In this document: one piece after another, positions 26,845 to 42,479 of the stretch
Numbering within the stretch: position 1 is the first letter of the stretch
Layout of the letters: every line of letters begins with the position of its first letter
NCBI GenBank assembly: GCA_051362555.1
Contig: CM120640.1
Coordinates: 37,467,967-37,531,966, forward strand
Length of the DNA: 64,000 nt
Direction of reading: 5' to 3'
DNA from: Lingula anatina
Taxonomy: Eukaryota; Animalia; Brachiopoda
Notes under the pieces: model-generated
Told to the model about the DNA's origin: nothing
What the model saw: the letters and a program-made list of their open reading frames with translations, nothing else
The model's database searches: none
Made by a program: the position numbers and the translations under genes

Positions 26845-29533
26845 ATGGGCCATGGAAACAGCAGACAACTTTCCTGTCCCGGGGAGAACAACAGCAATAA
26901 TAACACCAAGAGAAGAATCTCGCGTAACATTGATGACAACGATTTCAAAATACTGAATCTAGAGGCCAAAATCGACGATAGACCCATCGAGATTAAGGAA
27001 ACGGAAAAGGTGTTGATATATATAACGCCTAAGTTCAGGTAATTATAACCAGAAAATAACTCGAGCATGTTGGAACTGGGGGAACGATGTAGCGTACGCA
27101 TACCAGTTCCAGAGCTTTGCTCAGTGATATATTATGTATGCTGTGTACACAGCTAACCGCCACTTATTCATGCGTGTTGAAAAGTAATAGCATCAATCCT
27201 TTCCCTGATGGATCGTATTATATGAAAAGGATCATTGGATCTTTTCGTCGTGATTAGAAATAATACGCAAATACATAAAATATACATAATATAGAAATAG
27301 TCGAAGTGCTGTCACCCACGGTAGCCCTATAAAAGTCATAAAACGGCGATCCTTGTCACATATAAATTTTGGGTTCGTACCCTCCCCCCCCCCCCCCACT
27401 CTGCCTCCTGCTGGTGATGTAGGTACTCGTTATTTTAGACTAGAGCCCAAGCTCCCCCCCCCCCCACACACACACACATACATACAAGACCTCTCGCGCG
27501 CACACACACGTAGAAAAGGGGAAATGAGGCAGGCCAGCTTGTTATCTTAATGAGAAAACCTATTATTTTAGTAAGTGCCTAGTGACCGATAGTTCAATAT
27601 TTAGAGACGTGGTTTATCGAATTTATGTTAAATTTTTCCCCACCTTCATCAGTCACGGTGACGGAACTTGTAGGGTGCGATTTTCACGTTTGATAAATGC
27701 ATGTTTGAACACTCATGACGTCAGTCTTTGTTGTGGCAGTCTAAAGAGATCCCATCATATTGTAATGTAAATATTTGGGATCTCTTGAGGTATGTTGGCT
27801 ATGATTCATAGTATTTCGATCAAATATAAATGCAGAACATGCATAGGCCTACAGCTGCATGGCTCCAATACCGTCAGCATTGTTATTTAGGTCTCTGCCA
27901 TGTAAATGTCATCGGTTCTCTTAAATAAAATTTGGGCTTTGGTAAAAGAAACCTTAACCAGCAAAGTAATATACTTGGTTTCCCATCATTTCTAGTAATG
28001 AAATGACAAACCGAAATACGGGTCGGGCGTTGTGGTCATTTCTTTTTCAAGTTGTATTCATTGTTAAAGAAAGGCCTACGGGCTGCAGACGAACTATTTC
28101 GATGATTCAGAGCCGTTTATCGTGCTTCAGATAACCGCATCCTGGATACGCAGCACTGACTCCTTGTGCGATTCAAACGTCTGGGGGGAAAGGGCTTGAT
28201 AAGGCGGCCATGTACTATTTTTCCCGTTGTTATAAATCGCTCTCCTTTTTGCCTCTTTCCCCCCAAGATTTGATAACGCGATCAAACATCTACGGTAATT
28301 GCCAATCATGTTTTTGTTTATATTTATCTTTTGGGTCCTAGCTAAAATGTAAGTAAATATTATGAGTTCTAATTCTCCTGATAGAAATGCAGTCGATTGA
28401 GATTTTCATCAAACTCCCACGGACCAACTAACGCATTCTGAATATCCTGCTTTTCAGAGCAAGTGCCAAAATCCAAATCCCTCCTCTGCTTGAAGGCGAA
28501 GAATGGCAGATAGGATGGATCCAAGCTTGTGATTATATGACCTTTATTAATTACTATGGAAACCAAGGATGGTAAGTCTGAGAGAGAGAGGGAGAGAGAG
28601 AGAGAGAGAGCGAGAGAGAGGGTATTAGTGTTTCACACCTCATGTCATTCTCAGCGAACAGAGTTTAAAAGTATTCCTTGAAGCCATACGTTATAAATAT
28701 ACGATGGAAGAAAGAATGACAGGACTCGGTGGAAAGCAATGGCATATTTAAGAAGGTGAAAACACCTGCCTCAATTTAGCCTGAATCGTTTGGCTTGTCT
28801 GGCAATTTTTAATAGTTTACTGTTTCCCTAGGCCTAGGCCTGTTGCTATTTGGTAAGTGGCGAGACAGTTTGCAGGCATTCATTTAAATCGAGCAAAAGA
28901 GACACGTGTATTTTCTGCTCCTTTATCAGGATTACTACAACATTTTTTCTCTTTAACTTCAGTACGTCATGGGAGATCCCCCAATTGCGAGCTTCCAGCA
29001 ATAACGAAAATGCTTCCAGAAAATCTGTGATGATCAGTGACTCTGATGGCCGTTTTTACCCGTGGTACGGAGAGACCACGGAAGTCGTCTGCGTCCAAGG
29101 ACCTGAACATTCCTTCCGCACAGTACGTGTTGCCATGGACGATAATTTTTCTCCAAAAGTCGCCTGGTCTCTCACTGGAGAATACCTCAAACCGAACCTG
29201 ACCAAAATCCATCGCTCACAGAGTTTTTACACGTGGCTGGCCGCACGAAACTCAAAAACGGGATTTATCGTCCCATTGAAGACGATTCGATGGAAAATTG
29301 AGCTTGATATCAAAATCAATCGTAGGAAAGGTCTCGGGCATCGAGCAACAGACACGTCAAACTTTGAAATAACAATCCAAGAGAAAAATAGGGCAATTCC
29401 TAATGAGATTTTGGGATCTCCAAATGCCAATTCCGCACAGACGTTCGTTTGGCTTGGGAAAAATGGCGAACGGCGTATTATTCTTCCAGCAAAATCAGAA
29501 TGGACAAGTAAAGAAGAAAAAGAACCTATATAA
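26845..29533 (+). CDS. FAM78: FAM78 family protein, ~292 aa
   Basis: Exons 26845-27038, 28458-28571 and 28963-29533, phase-consistent. Motifs TPKFRASA, WQIGWIQAC, SWEIP, ISDSDGRFYPWYG, MDDNFSP, RSQSFYTWL and PNANSAQ correspond to FAM78A/B. The N-terminus MGHGNS fits the myristoylation pattern. Confidence 0.92.
28580..28620. repeat. (GA)n microsatellite
   Basis: Direct inspection; lies just after the FAM78 exon 2 donor. Confidence 0.9.
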
Positions 29534-32500
29534 CAGTTGTTACGCTTACCTTAAAGGCTTTTTAAACGTTTAGGGATACGCATTTTGTTGTCCTATTTTT
29601 GTTATTGAGATAATGATGCGATGCTTGTACAACGATTCGTTTTATATTGATATATCGAAGACAATTTTGATAATGGAAATGGGTCAGTGACCATAAAGAG
29701 ATGACATTTTTATTTTTCACTCACTGTCGACCTTGAACGTCAACGGCAAATGTGCCATGGTGATAACATAAAGATAAAATGGGTCCAATAGTTATAATTC
29801 CTTTGAGTGCCTATATCATTCCAATGTTTTATCTTTTTGTAACTCACGATAATTTATCATCTGAATTTGTCATGTAGACATCATTGCAAGGGTTATGATA
29901 TTATCATTTATTTTCAATTGCTCAAGTTAACAGATACAAATTACAATTGCTCTCTCTATGCAGGTTAAAGTAAAACATCAAGTAATATGTTCAATACATT
30001 ATTCATCTATGTTAGAATATTGTTAATATTTTGGATGGGTAAATAAAGAGCACCAAACTTACGCTGTTGTAACTAGAGGTAATTTGACAAAACTCACGCA
30101 TTTTTAAGGAAGACGTTTCATAATGGAATGATCGGGGGGGGGGGGGGGGCGTGAAGAGATCCATTTTGGTTTTCCATTTAGACATTTTTCCCTGCAGTAA
30201 GATCCAAATAAAACATTGAATATGTCAGTTGGAAGAAAATTCTTAAAAATACTAAGAATTTTTTTTTTAATTTCATAGTAATTTTTCTGTCTGTATCACA
30301 TGCAGATATAGTATATGGCAATACAAGCAAGGCACTAGTTTCCAATATTTTTTTTTATTATTCATTAATGATTGCATTTTAGATGAACATTTATAGAACC
30401 ACATAAAACCATCTTTTAAATGACATTTTAATGTTGCGAATTTAAAATACCTGGATAACGCTTTGCAAATATATACCCAGCTGACAATCTCGCTTCTTTC
30501 ATTTTACTTACACACACACATGCCGCTTCGAAAAGCACGGCTACAATGAAACTTCACCTTGCACGTGCGGCAGCATCCCCTATACAGATACGTTTTAATT
30601 GTTAACAGATCAAAATACCCCTTATAAGTACAAGAATTAAGTTATGAACCTTACTTCCACGTACGTACTTAGCAACTCACATACATGGACCCATAGTCAG
30701 AAATTTCTCATACTCAGACTTTAATGAGTGCAGTCCAGCAATAGAGCAAACAAAATCATGCAATTTCGCCTACAAGCGTGAAAACTGTCAAGCTGTAGAA
30801 AACAGTATCAAATGTTTTTCCATATGGAGAAAATTCTGAAATTTGTGACACCAATGATGACAAGTTCAAAGGCATTTAATACCTAAAAACCATCAGAAAA
30901 ACGCAATTTTTTCACAGCATCCCTGTAGTGTGGTCAATTCATTTGAGTGTGAGACAGCTTATGAGTTGGGTTCGAAAAAATCTACACTACCATTATTTTC
31001 ATACCAACAATAAACCATTCAACATTTTAAAATTACTTTCTATTAGTGGATTTCACCAGTCTTAGTGGAAAACTAATTAACTACAGTGAATGGCAAGAAT
31101 CACACAGTTTACCATACTTTCCCAAAGTGCAAGTCTTACTGAATAATAAACCATGGTAGACCTTTTTATCACTTCAGAAGCATTCAGCTCACAGAAACAG
31201 AACTCATCTTACTGGAAAAGACTAACTTGCTAACAGTGGCACTTGTTCAGGGACCTCCTAAATCTAAACAAGTTTTCAGAATGCCCATTAATTCAACTTC
31301 TGATTCTCCCCCACCCCCCAAAAATAAAAGCGAAAGAAATATATAGATTTATATATATACTTATAAATATATCTTCCTCGGTGACATCTGTCCCTTATAA
31401 ACTGCCCACGACATCATTTAGAGTACAAGTAGCCTGCACTGTGCCAAGCTTAAAGCAGTCTCTTATCGTGCAGGTGAAAATATTCTGAATTGATGAAAAC
31501 CCCTTTAATACAGCAGTCAATAGACTACTAACAATCTACACATGACAAAGTTCATTAACTTCAAAATAAGGTCAATACATATCAATTTCGGTCTCTGTAC
31601 AAGGTGACTGACCTAATGGAAGTGTTCATTATATTACAGAGAGACTATGAGACTAATACAAAAGATAAAATGAGTTCCACAGGCCCCATCTGAGCCCTGG
31701 TTCTCTCTAATAATAATAATAATTACAGACTTTTCAATATAGGAACAACTCACAGCAGGCCAAGTCTCTGCTGAAAGTGTGTAGCACACATTGCTGTATT
31801 GAAGGGCCTTGGTGTCCGCGACCTGGCTTGCCACTCCCTCTCTTTCCAGTATCAAATCTGTCAGCACTCACAGATAACATGCTATGAAGTCAAACCCGGT
31901 GACATATTAGGTTAGGATATTTTGGTGTCAAATAGGGGATTTAAATGAAGAATACAACAAGATGGTTTTCAGTAGGCTAAAGGCAATATACTTAGACAAT
32001 CTGTCAAGTGCTTTAGTTCTAAGCATTTATAAATCCAATTCTTACTGCTGATTCCAATGTTTTATTGCTACACAAAAACAGGACACACTTGTTCTGGTAG
32101 TACAAAGTTGTACTCTCATTAGCTGGTGTGAAGATTTACCGTGTACATCAAACCCATATACCGCCTGGATAAAAATCTATAATCAGTTCATCATCATTCC
32201 AGTTATTCATGAGACGTAAACTTCATTTTTCTACTTGTATCTTTTTGCCTGTCAACCAAAAGTCGCAGCAATGTTACTTGGCACCATATAACAAATAATC
32301 TGCCATCACTGTGTCTTCTAATCACGACCAACAATGTGATAACATTACAATACAATAACGATGCTACGCTGGTGGCAATGTTACAATGTTAATGTCAACA
32401 CAGTACAAAAATGACCAGGGCGGTAAGCCCGTTTTTAGTAGTGACAGATGAGAGGAGGGGGGATGATGACTTGTATTGTAAACTGATTTCATTGTGCTCG

Positions 32501-32737
32501 TGCTTGTGTCACAGGAGCTGCTGGAACTCTTTTCTGTACATCATCCAAACATCAGCAGTAAAAAGTGTTACTGCTGATGTTGTTGTTGTTGGTGTTGTTG
32601 TTGGTGTAGGGGACCGTTGAGAGCGCGGATTGAAGAGCTCTGTCCTAGCTTTCTACACTCGGCCCATGTTATGAATACACATGGCCCTCCAGGGGCACAT
32701 AGCTTAATACAAGGCCAGTATCACTAAAGTGGAGTCT

Positions 32738-35700
32738 CTATGGTCTGTGGAATCTGAAGAAAATATATGTTATTTTTATTGTTACATATTATTTTTATTT
32801 AATAACATGTCTTAATTTGTGCACGTGCCATACTTATTTATGGACTAATTAATCTGGGATAAGAACTAACTACAGATGAAAATGCAATTATTTCAACCAC
32901 TAAAGAATAACGCTAACATTAATGTTATTTCAAGAACTAGAAGATCAGAGAGGCACAGGTATCTCCTAGGTAACCAGCCCAATTGGGTATTACAATAACA
33001 AAATACCAAATACTGGGACTCACCTGGTTAAATGTTTACTATCAGAGTGCACTTCCATTTCTGCACTTTTAAATTCATTAAGTTCTTTTCTTATGGCAGC
33101 CTGCAAAAATAATTGGTGTAAATTAATTTTGGTAAATTGTGAGCTTGGGTACTGTAAATTACAGTAATCATTAACAAAACATGTTCACCAAACATACTCG
33201 AACAATTTACTGCTGTATTTATGACAACAATGAGCACATTTAAGAATGAATCTCCACACCTTGATTAAACATAAAGACACAAAGTATCATGTCAACTTTT
33301 TTAAATATCTGTTAATTGTTTGTAGGCAGAAAGCTGACCAATTCCTTATTAGAAAAATTGAGACTAATTTGACTTTAACCTGTACTGAGTTTATCAATAC
33401 AGAGGTGTCCTGTATTACAAGACACAGATAATCAATGACAAACAAATCAACTTTGAGCTAGCTGAGATTGGGGCAAGTCAGACATTTTCTTCAAAGATAC
33501 CTTATCTCTAGGGGTGAGTCTGGTCCAAGGTTTGTCTGCCCTCCTATCATATTCCTCAGCATCTGTCACCTCTACATAGTCACTGAATTTGATAATCTTG
33601 CGCTCCTTCAGTTCCTCAATTGTTGGCCTAAAACTTAGCTGTAATGTGAAAGAGGAAACACATAAACATTTTTTAAATCCCTTAAAAAGTAAAGGAGCAA
33701 ATTTTATTTGAACAAGGAAAAATCTTTATCTGTCCAAGTGGTAATTTCACAGAGGAAACAATCTAGGTATTCTTAAAAAATAGAAAACTCTCAATAACTG
33801 TGAATATTTACATCAAACGATAACTGAGTTGTTTTTAAATCAACATAGCTCTAACGTGAATGAAAAATCCTCTTCCCTCACAGTGATCTCCCTATCAATT
33901 GTGTACCTGAACTTAATTTTCAAAATGTCTAAGTTTTAAAAAATTCCAAAATTTGCAACATGCAAAGAACCTAGGTCACCAGAGACAGGCTTACCTTTCT
34001 TGTTAGCACTTTCTTTTTCTCCTCTAATGTCAACTGCTCCTCTTCATTTGTTTTCACTGCAAGAAAAAATTGGGGGTAAAAAGCTGGTTTAAAGATCATT
34101 AGAGAAGTTCCGAATATCTTGAAATTTGTACTCAAGAAAAAGGAAAAAAACTAGAGCTCATAAGCCTGGCTCTTAGCAACAATAATATTTTTTTTACAAA
34201 TCACAACCACCTAAGAAACTTTCAAATGTCAGATATAAGTAAATTTGTGAATCTCATCGTATGCACCTCAGGAGAAACAGAAGTGGATAAACACAAAAAC
34301 GTATGTACTTACAGTGCAAAATATTTCTTTGCTCTAATTCTTCTTTTGTTGGCCTTAAACTCAACCTCCTATATAGTAAACAATAAATATGGCAAAAAGT
34401 CAAATATGCATAAATATCATATTACTATGCATACAATATCTTAACCACTTATTTAAAACAATATTTTTTGTTTTGTTTGGTACAATAAAGCAAAATGAAT
34501 TTTTTTCTATGAAATTCCATTAATCAACCGTGGCAAACCCATAGTCTATTAAAATACTAAACATACTCAAGGCGCTTCCAATTCTGTTTAAATAACAAAA
34601 CATACCTGTTTAATTTAACCTCTATTTCTTTTTTAACATGTTCTTTCTCTGTGCTAGTACAAGACGGGATGATGTTCTTGTCGACAAGCTCAGTTTTCTG
34701 AGGACGGTTACTCAGAAAACGAGCAAGGCTATCTTTTCTGGCAACCTTAGAAGCTAAACTATCTGTAACAGGAATAAAACAGCACAATGAAGATCGATAA
34801 GTTTCCAAAGCACTTTGCAGTACATTCACACATAATTTCTGATTGGTCCCTTGATGGTTTGACAAACCTAAATCAAAATTATAACTGGTTCACAAATTCT
34901 AACCAATTAGTTGAATATATTCTGAACATGGCATATTTATCCATAAGAACATTTCTTACTTAGTTCTCAATCTAGGAAATGTTCATCTGCCACCTAAATT
35001 TCGTGGTTTCTGTTCACTTACATGTGCTTTTTAAACATGCTGATTGTTTTAAACTGCAAAATGATTCAACATCTGCTGTGTTGCATCAAAACCTGCAGTC
35101 ACGTCATCTTTTAAATTGCATGTACAATCCTACTTATAGCAGCATAAATAAATGTTATTATTATTACTATAATTACCATCATCATCCCTATACTGTATGG
35201 GTTCATCATCAGAAGATGATTCACTGCCGTTTAAATTATCATAATCTGGAATATTATCTTCGTAAGTTTCCCCATTTGGCTGGTTCTCTTTGTTTTCTTG
35301 TTCTGTTATCCTGTAAATAATATCATTTATGCTACTAACTTTTTAAATCTATTCAACAGAAAACACTTTTCCTTTAAACTATTCAAATGGATTTTGCAAT
35401 TTATATTCAATATCATCCCCAATTACACTAAATTATATGAAAATTAACAGCATGTTTGTTTAAAAGAGGTTTAGGTCACTTGCAAAAAAAAAATAAAAAA
35501 ATAAAAAATACACTAAAAAGTATTGCTTTGATTTTCGCATAATAACGCATCTACTTACGTTTTCGACACAGAGACTGCCTTCAGTGACCTAGGTTTAGGC
35601 GTGGGTTTAAATCCCACCAACTTTGCCTTGGGGGTGGCCCCCTTGAGGGCACTCCTGACTGGCTGCTTGGACAGGTCCGGCTCCCTGACAGGGATTTCTT

Positions 35701-38700
35701 CAACTCGTGAGGTATCTACAGCATGACTACCCGGCAGGTGAAAGTTAACACCACCCGTGTCCTGACTCCCCAGCGAAGGAGCATGCTGGACAACCAGCGT
35801 TGACGGAGCTGGACTTGCAACAACCACTTGCTGCTGCTGTTGCTGCTGTTGTTGTTGTTGCTGCTGTTGCTGCTGCTGCTTTTGTTGTAGTTGTTGTATG
35901 AGTCTTTGTTGATCAGATTCAAATGGTACTGTTGTGGTTGTTGACATATTATTCAAATTATCGTAATCACAGTCAGTGCTTTCTCCACTTTCTACCTGCC
36001 CCGTGCTTCCAGCAACTTGATTTAATTTACCTGGAAATGACGAATTTCCTTGAGTTCAATCAAGAACAAAAATGACATCACTATTCTCATCCATTCAAGC
36101 TGTTATCAGGAGAAATCTTACTGAAATTTTGGTGGACAACTCAGAAATACCTCCAAGGTTTACTGTCCACAGGAAACCTACCTTTCAATGAAATGAGCTA
36201 TCTAAAAATCAGAGACTTTTTCTAGTTCCAATTTTATAGAGCAAATGTGTGCCACTACACGGAGACTTCCACTGTAAACTGGCACTGACTGTAAAGGTTG
36301 CAATGTGTTCCTTGTTCAGTACACAATTTCCTACCCTCTTGTACAGACACCAGTGGTATTAAGTACTCACTGCCCTGGGTGTATCCTTCCTAGGAATCAC
36401 TGCCACAATGACACCAAATCTCCTTCAAAAACATTTCATCTTTGGTTCAAAAACTAGTGAAATATCTGGTATCCTTTTTCACAATAAAATGTTCCGTTTT
36501 CCCAATACAATACTGGCTTGGCTAAGAAAATATTACTGGCCGAAAAATTTCAAGGCAACCTGCTGAAACACAAATCATGCTAACCCAAACAGTGTAATAT
36601 AAGATACCAATTTATTCTCCAGTAGACAGTGGCATTCCCAGTGAGAATCACTCTTCAGGGTTTTAATTGCTGTACTTGCCATCTGCTGCACATATCCATA
36701 CCCTCTTTAACATGCTCACTCAAGCTACCACATACTAAAATGTATTCTGAAAGGCAATGATCATATAAGACGTAGAATACCAAGGCACAGAAATGAGAAT
36801 TTCACCCATTACCTACAGTCACCTACTCTGTCTGAACATAAAAATACTAGTAGGCTTTCAACTCCGAACTCCTTTTTTTATCATGTATCTGAAAAGATGC
36901 TTTTATGAAATAATAGCATCTGGTTGTCTGTGCAAGTGGCTTTCTACACTCGTGGTTTCCAGAAATGTTTTTACTTCCTAGAAATTGCTTGGAGTTGAAG
37001 GCACATGATGGAGGGAAATTAGCATAGTGTTCGGTAAACATGATTTGCAGGTTTATTCTCCACTGAGCCTCTTTTCTATAGGAAGAGCCACAATCTCGTG
37101 CACATTAAAGATAAACATCAACGAGAGAATGTCAACAGAAGCCCTTTCCACCTTAAGCAGCACATATGCATCTGTCTTAATCAATACATTTAGCAGGTAG
37201 ATCATTATATCTTCATATATCACATACTGATTGCTTTCAGTATATTACAATAACAAGAATTGGGCAATATTTCCATTACTGTCAGAGCTCCAGAGACACA
37301 GACAGGCACAAATCACTGCCTTCGTACAAGTATTTTTTAAAACCAGTTTCAATATTGATTTTAAACAGCATGTTTTCATAGCACATGGAATTTATGCTAG
37401 GCATGTTTGTTTTAATTCTACTAACCCAATTTGTCAAGTGGGCATATAAAATAACATTAATCCATTTCCCTTTCTATTCTAACATTGTTAAGACATGCTG
37501 TGCATGCACAGAAAACCAACAGACTCAAGAACTTGATTCAAATGCCTAATATTTCCCCTAGTAGTTCATCATTATCATCAAGGCAAGACAATATATAACA
37601 CTTAACATATGGCAGACAGACAGAAAAACTTGCGTGCCAAGTTGTAAATAAAAAGAAAACTTGAATCAAGAAACAATGCCTACATTTCTCCAAAATAGAC
37701 ACACCTATTACAGATACTCCAGAACATATCAATAATTGCACATATTGTGCAAAATATCTCCCTACATTACCTGTAACTGTGATGGCTTCTTCTCTCTGAT
37801 ATTTCACCTTTTATTTTACTGTGTCAATATTGGCAAATGGCTTGAATAAACTGAAACTGGGTGTAGTGCACAAGTGCCAGTGTTAGCATGCACATCCAGA
37901 ACGTCAGGTAAAGCTAAATCCCACAACATGAGAATCTCACCTCTAGGAACCATTTTCAATGACAAAAACAAGCCAGCTGAAGCTGACAAATGTACAGCTC
38001 TGAACCTTTTAGGTAACAACCTACTTCAGTCTAAACACTAAGACATATTCCTTTTAAACAAGATGAGATTCTAACATCTTTCTTGAAAAACAGGTAAAAC
38101 ACTTTGCTGAAAACTACTTAGGCCTTTTTTAAAGCAATGCCGAAAAAAAAATGAGCAAAGAAAGAGCTGCTGCTTGCCTACAGCACACCTGCAAGATTGA
38201 CAGACACAACTGAAATCCAAATTTACCGTCATTGTTGTAACCATAAAAAATCAATAGAAGTAAAAAGAACTGATTTTTCAAATTTTCTTGATTTAACTTC
38301 TCATTTACAATGTTCAACCTATCACAATGTATCACCTTTCAATCACAAACCTTCATCACTCAAGTGATCTAGACTGTGATCCATGAAGAGTCCTGCAGAG
38401 GGCTTTGTAAGTGGATGCAACTTTGTTTTAAGTATAACAGTATTAGTCCAGAGAACTCTCGCTGAATGAAATCAGGTTAACAGATTAACACACCCTTAGA
38501 TCTATTCTTCTATTCTTAACATCAGAAGTACTTACTAGCTTACATAAAACCATAAAGTTAGTGGAGATTGCCAACAGCTTCAGATGACAGAAAGTTTAGA
38601 TGAGTTTAAGATGAAATTGTCAACAGGATTCCAAAAGTAACACAGATGGACTTCTTTTATGTCAGGGGGAAAGGCACACTCAGAATGATAATTCAGTCTA

Positions 38701-41700
38701 AAAAAGGTTCTAAGCCATTAGGCAAAAAGGTCCATTTTTTCCAGAAAAAAAGACCCCCCTTTTTGAAATTGTTTGTTACAGGCCTAATGGATTTAATTTT
38801 CATGAATATTTACCAATACAGAGAAGAATACAGTACAGTTTAAAAGCAAGCAGTCCTACTCACTGTGATCTGATGGTGACTCTGGCTGTTGCACATGAGA
38901 AGGCATGACAAACACCTGGACAGGTGGCGCTGGCGCTGTGTCTCCCCCTGGTGACTGGACAGCAGTGGCAGGCGAGGTGGGCGAGCTGGCAGGAACGTCC
39001 ATCAGGACAGGGTGAATCTGGGAGGTGCATACTAAAATCAAAAACAGTAGGCAAGAATGAATGCACCAGTAACAGACTATAGTAATTTTTGCTAAAACAT
39101 GTAGGGTTTTATCTGTATAGATGGTAGACGTATTTTTTAAACGAGAGTGAAGGTGTTAGTATAACAGTTTTGGTTTCTTCTAATACAAGTCCTGACATGT
39201 GTAAGAGGTTTCAAAACCATATCTATAAAACAGCAGTGATATTTTGGAATATTGGAAACAATGCTAAAAGTATAGATTATAATGCCAAATTACAATGAAA
39301 AAATGTTGTTAAAAATCCCCCCCCCCCCCCCCCATTTGGCATCCCTGTTTTTACTATCTTGAAAAAGGCCTGCATAACAGCCAAGACAAAAACCACAATG
39401 GATTTGCAGTTGTTCCAATTTTTCAACACAAATAATTACATAGATTCACACAATCTTGAGATAACACAGACCATGAAAACCACAATGGGATCTATCTAGA
39501 TCTGTGAATTGCAGTACAAATATTTAGTTGCTATCTGGATGGCATAACCTGGGTCGGGACAATGACAGTCAAGGAAACCCTAAAATTACTTCAGACCCAG
39601 AAATCTGGACGTGATTTTCCATATCATTCCAGCAGACCCTAGAATATACATATACTCACACACAATAGTTCTATCTGTTGGAGGGTTCGTCTGTACCACC
39701 TCTGCCTGTGTAGTTATTACGCTGGGGGAGGACCCAGGGGGGTCACTCCCCACTAACGTCCCATTCGTTTCTACTGGTAAAACTTTATTTCCTACATGGT
39801 CCTCTGTATGAACTGGTACAGCACCATCTCCTGTGTCTGAGTTTATACAATTTAGCCCGTCTCCTTTCCCCTGAGGTGGGGCACCGTCCTCTTCATCCTT
39901 TTTCTCTGAAAGTAAAGTAAATGTTAAAGTTACAGAGACTGCCATTTGGAGAAAATTTGGAAAATATGGAGTGGGGTCCAGCCAGCTGCCTAGGCCAATA
40001 GTATTTTTGGGTCCCCAAAAGTTGAAAATCTGCAAATAGTCAGACAAACTTCATCCCTGAAGTTATGAGTTAATTTACGAAAACAGTTTATATTGACAAC
40101 AGCAACAGAACATATATAACATAAACACTTCACATGTATGATAAATTGGAAGGCAGCTATTGATCGATTTTTACATAATTAGCATGATTTGGGTACCATT
40201 GTAATATCTGTGACTGTAAACACAAAACAAGTATCATCATTAAAATGTCACATCAGAGTCATGCACATGATTCCCTATCAGATATAATTTGTTGATATGA
40301 AACAGGCAGCATGCAAATAGGAAATTTTTCAGTTTGTTCATTAAGTTTGCATTAAGTGTCTGTTTAATGACATTTTTTCCAATGGTCACTAAATATCAAT
40401 GACCAATACCTAACCTAAAGTACATTCTCTCTCCCTCTCTTTTTCAAACTGACATTAGGGGAAATTGCTTCCCAACTTTGCTTGATGAAATGGACTGTGA
40501 ATATCTATTTCCCTGAGAATATAGGACAAATAAAAGTATGGGAATGAGGCACCTGACATATCTTAGATAGCCACCCGCAATAGTTGTGAAATTAAGAACT
40601 TTCTAAAAAAGAAAGTTTCCAATTTGTCATTACATAACAACCTCATCTTAATTGTACTGACATTTCAAAATCAGATCTCCTATCAACCTATTTATATGAG
40701 TTTCAAGCTAGGTAAGAACATCACCAAAATTGCATACATAATTCCAGTTTGTTTAATGGGGCATGTTTTGACAAACTGGAAACTGAATCCAAGACTCATT
40801 TTAGTGAAAGCTAACAGAAGCTATCAGGCTCAATGTCTTATTTGGTTTAGAACATCTGTGTGTGTGTGTGTGTGTGTTAAGCAGGCATCGGGCTTAGGCA
40901 TCGAAAATGCACACATCTACCAAGCATCACTGCTGTCTATCTGTGTATCTCAGAATACAAAATAATTTGTGAAGTAAGTTTGATATGTTACATGCAGGGG
41001 TCACTTAATGGGTGAAAAAGATAGCATTATTGCCTTTCACTACCTTTAACTCGCACTCCTGGATTTAATCAGATAGGTCATCTTGCACGCCCAAAGTGAA
41101 AAGGATTCTAAAAGTCACCAGACCATCTATAACTATGTTCCAAACATTTCACAATTATCAAAGGTTATAAAACACCCATTGTACACACCTTCTTAAAGAA
41201 AGGCCAGCTCTATATTAACACCTCACCATCAAGCTTAGCTACATTGCAAACAGAACAGTACCCAAACCATTTCTGTAATAATATTTCTTTGCAATAATAA
41301 CACATTAGTGTGTTATGGTCTAATTCAGCTGATTTGCCTATTAAAAAGACATATTACATTCCTGATTATCTACACTGCAACCTGTTCTCAATTTTCAGCT
41401 CATATATTTCAAGCTCACAGGACTATGGCTGTCAGAGAACATTAGCTCATAATGGTTTTGATATATATCTCAACTAAACATTACACAAATCATACTAGCA
41501 CAAGGTCACGTGTATGCATTTTTATGTTCTATTGACATATTTAGTGCAGCATCTTACTTGGGGTATAGTATTTTAAAAGACAATCTGCTGATCAATAAGT
41601 TTGTTATTTAATCTAAATGTTGAGCACAAGTAAATCAAATCTGCCTTCGCAATTCTTTTACATCATTTATTTTTCAAAAATTGCACAAGGCTTTCTCATA

Positions 41701-42416
41701 ATGTCACAGAGATAACTTGCCTGTACATCATTTGTCCACCATCTAGGTGGTCCCTTAAGTGCCAAGATGACCTTTTTCATTGCTACATTGAAAATATTAA
41801 TTTCAGGTTAATCATGTTTTGTAAAATTACTTTGTCTCAACAGATAGAACCCTGGGGCAAGCCACATACTTTGAATACAAAAATACTGTTTTGCAGGATG
41901 ATAATTATGAGAATAAACACCAGTTCACTTATTGGTGCAAACAAAACCTGGGAACCAGGAAAGAGAATGATTAACAACTCCTCCCAAATAATTGCTCTAT
42001 ACTGAAGTGGGCGGCACACCTGTGAGATTTTGGTGTACTAGTACATGCGGACATGCCTGTCCCATTATTCCATATCTGAATGAGTCATCATTTATTTATT
42101 TTTATCATTTTCCAGATAAAGGAATGTTGTTTATCATTAGTCATTGGGCATGCTTTATTACTTGAATATTCCCACTTCAAAGATGCATCTACCAATATGC
42201 AAAACTGTCCTGTTTCTACTTTCTTTTATATGTCTTTATTTTTGCATATCAATTATATGAGCATCATTTGCCTGAAAAGGTCATCGACAGCTTGTTGGAA
42301 TAATAACTCATATACCTATTTGGAATGCTGTACACTGTCCAACAACTAACTTTGTTTGACTTAATATTTTTATATATTAGTTGATTTGCATGTATGTATG
42401 TATGTATGTATGTATG

Positions 42417-42479
<63 letters not shown>

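Noticed and set aside
35134-35176. Extension of the PHACTR exon to a downstream GT donor
   Set aside because: Its phase is incompatible with exon 34762; the donor at 35177 gives the correct frame.
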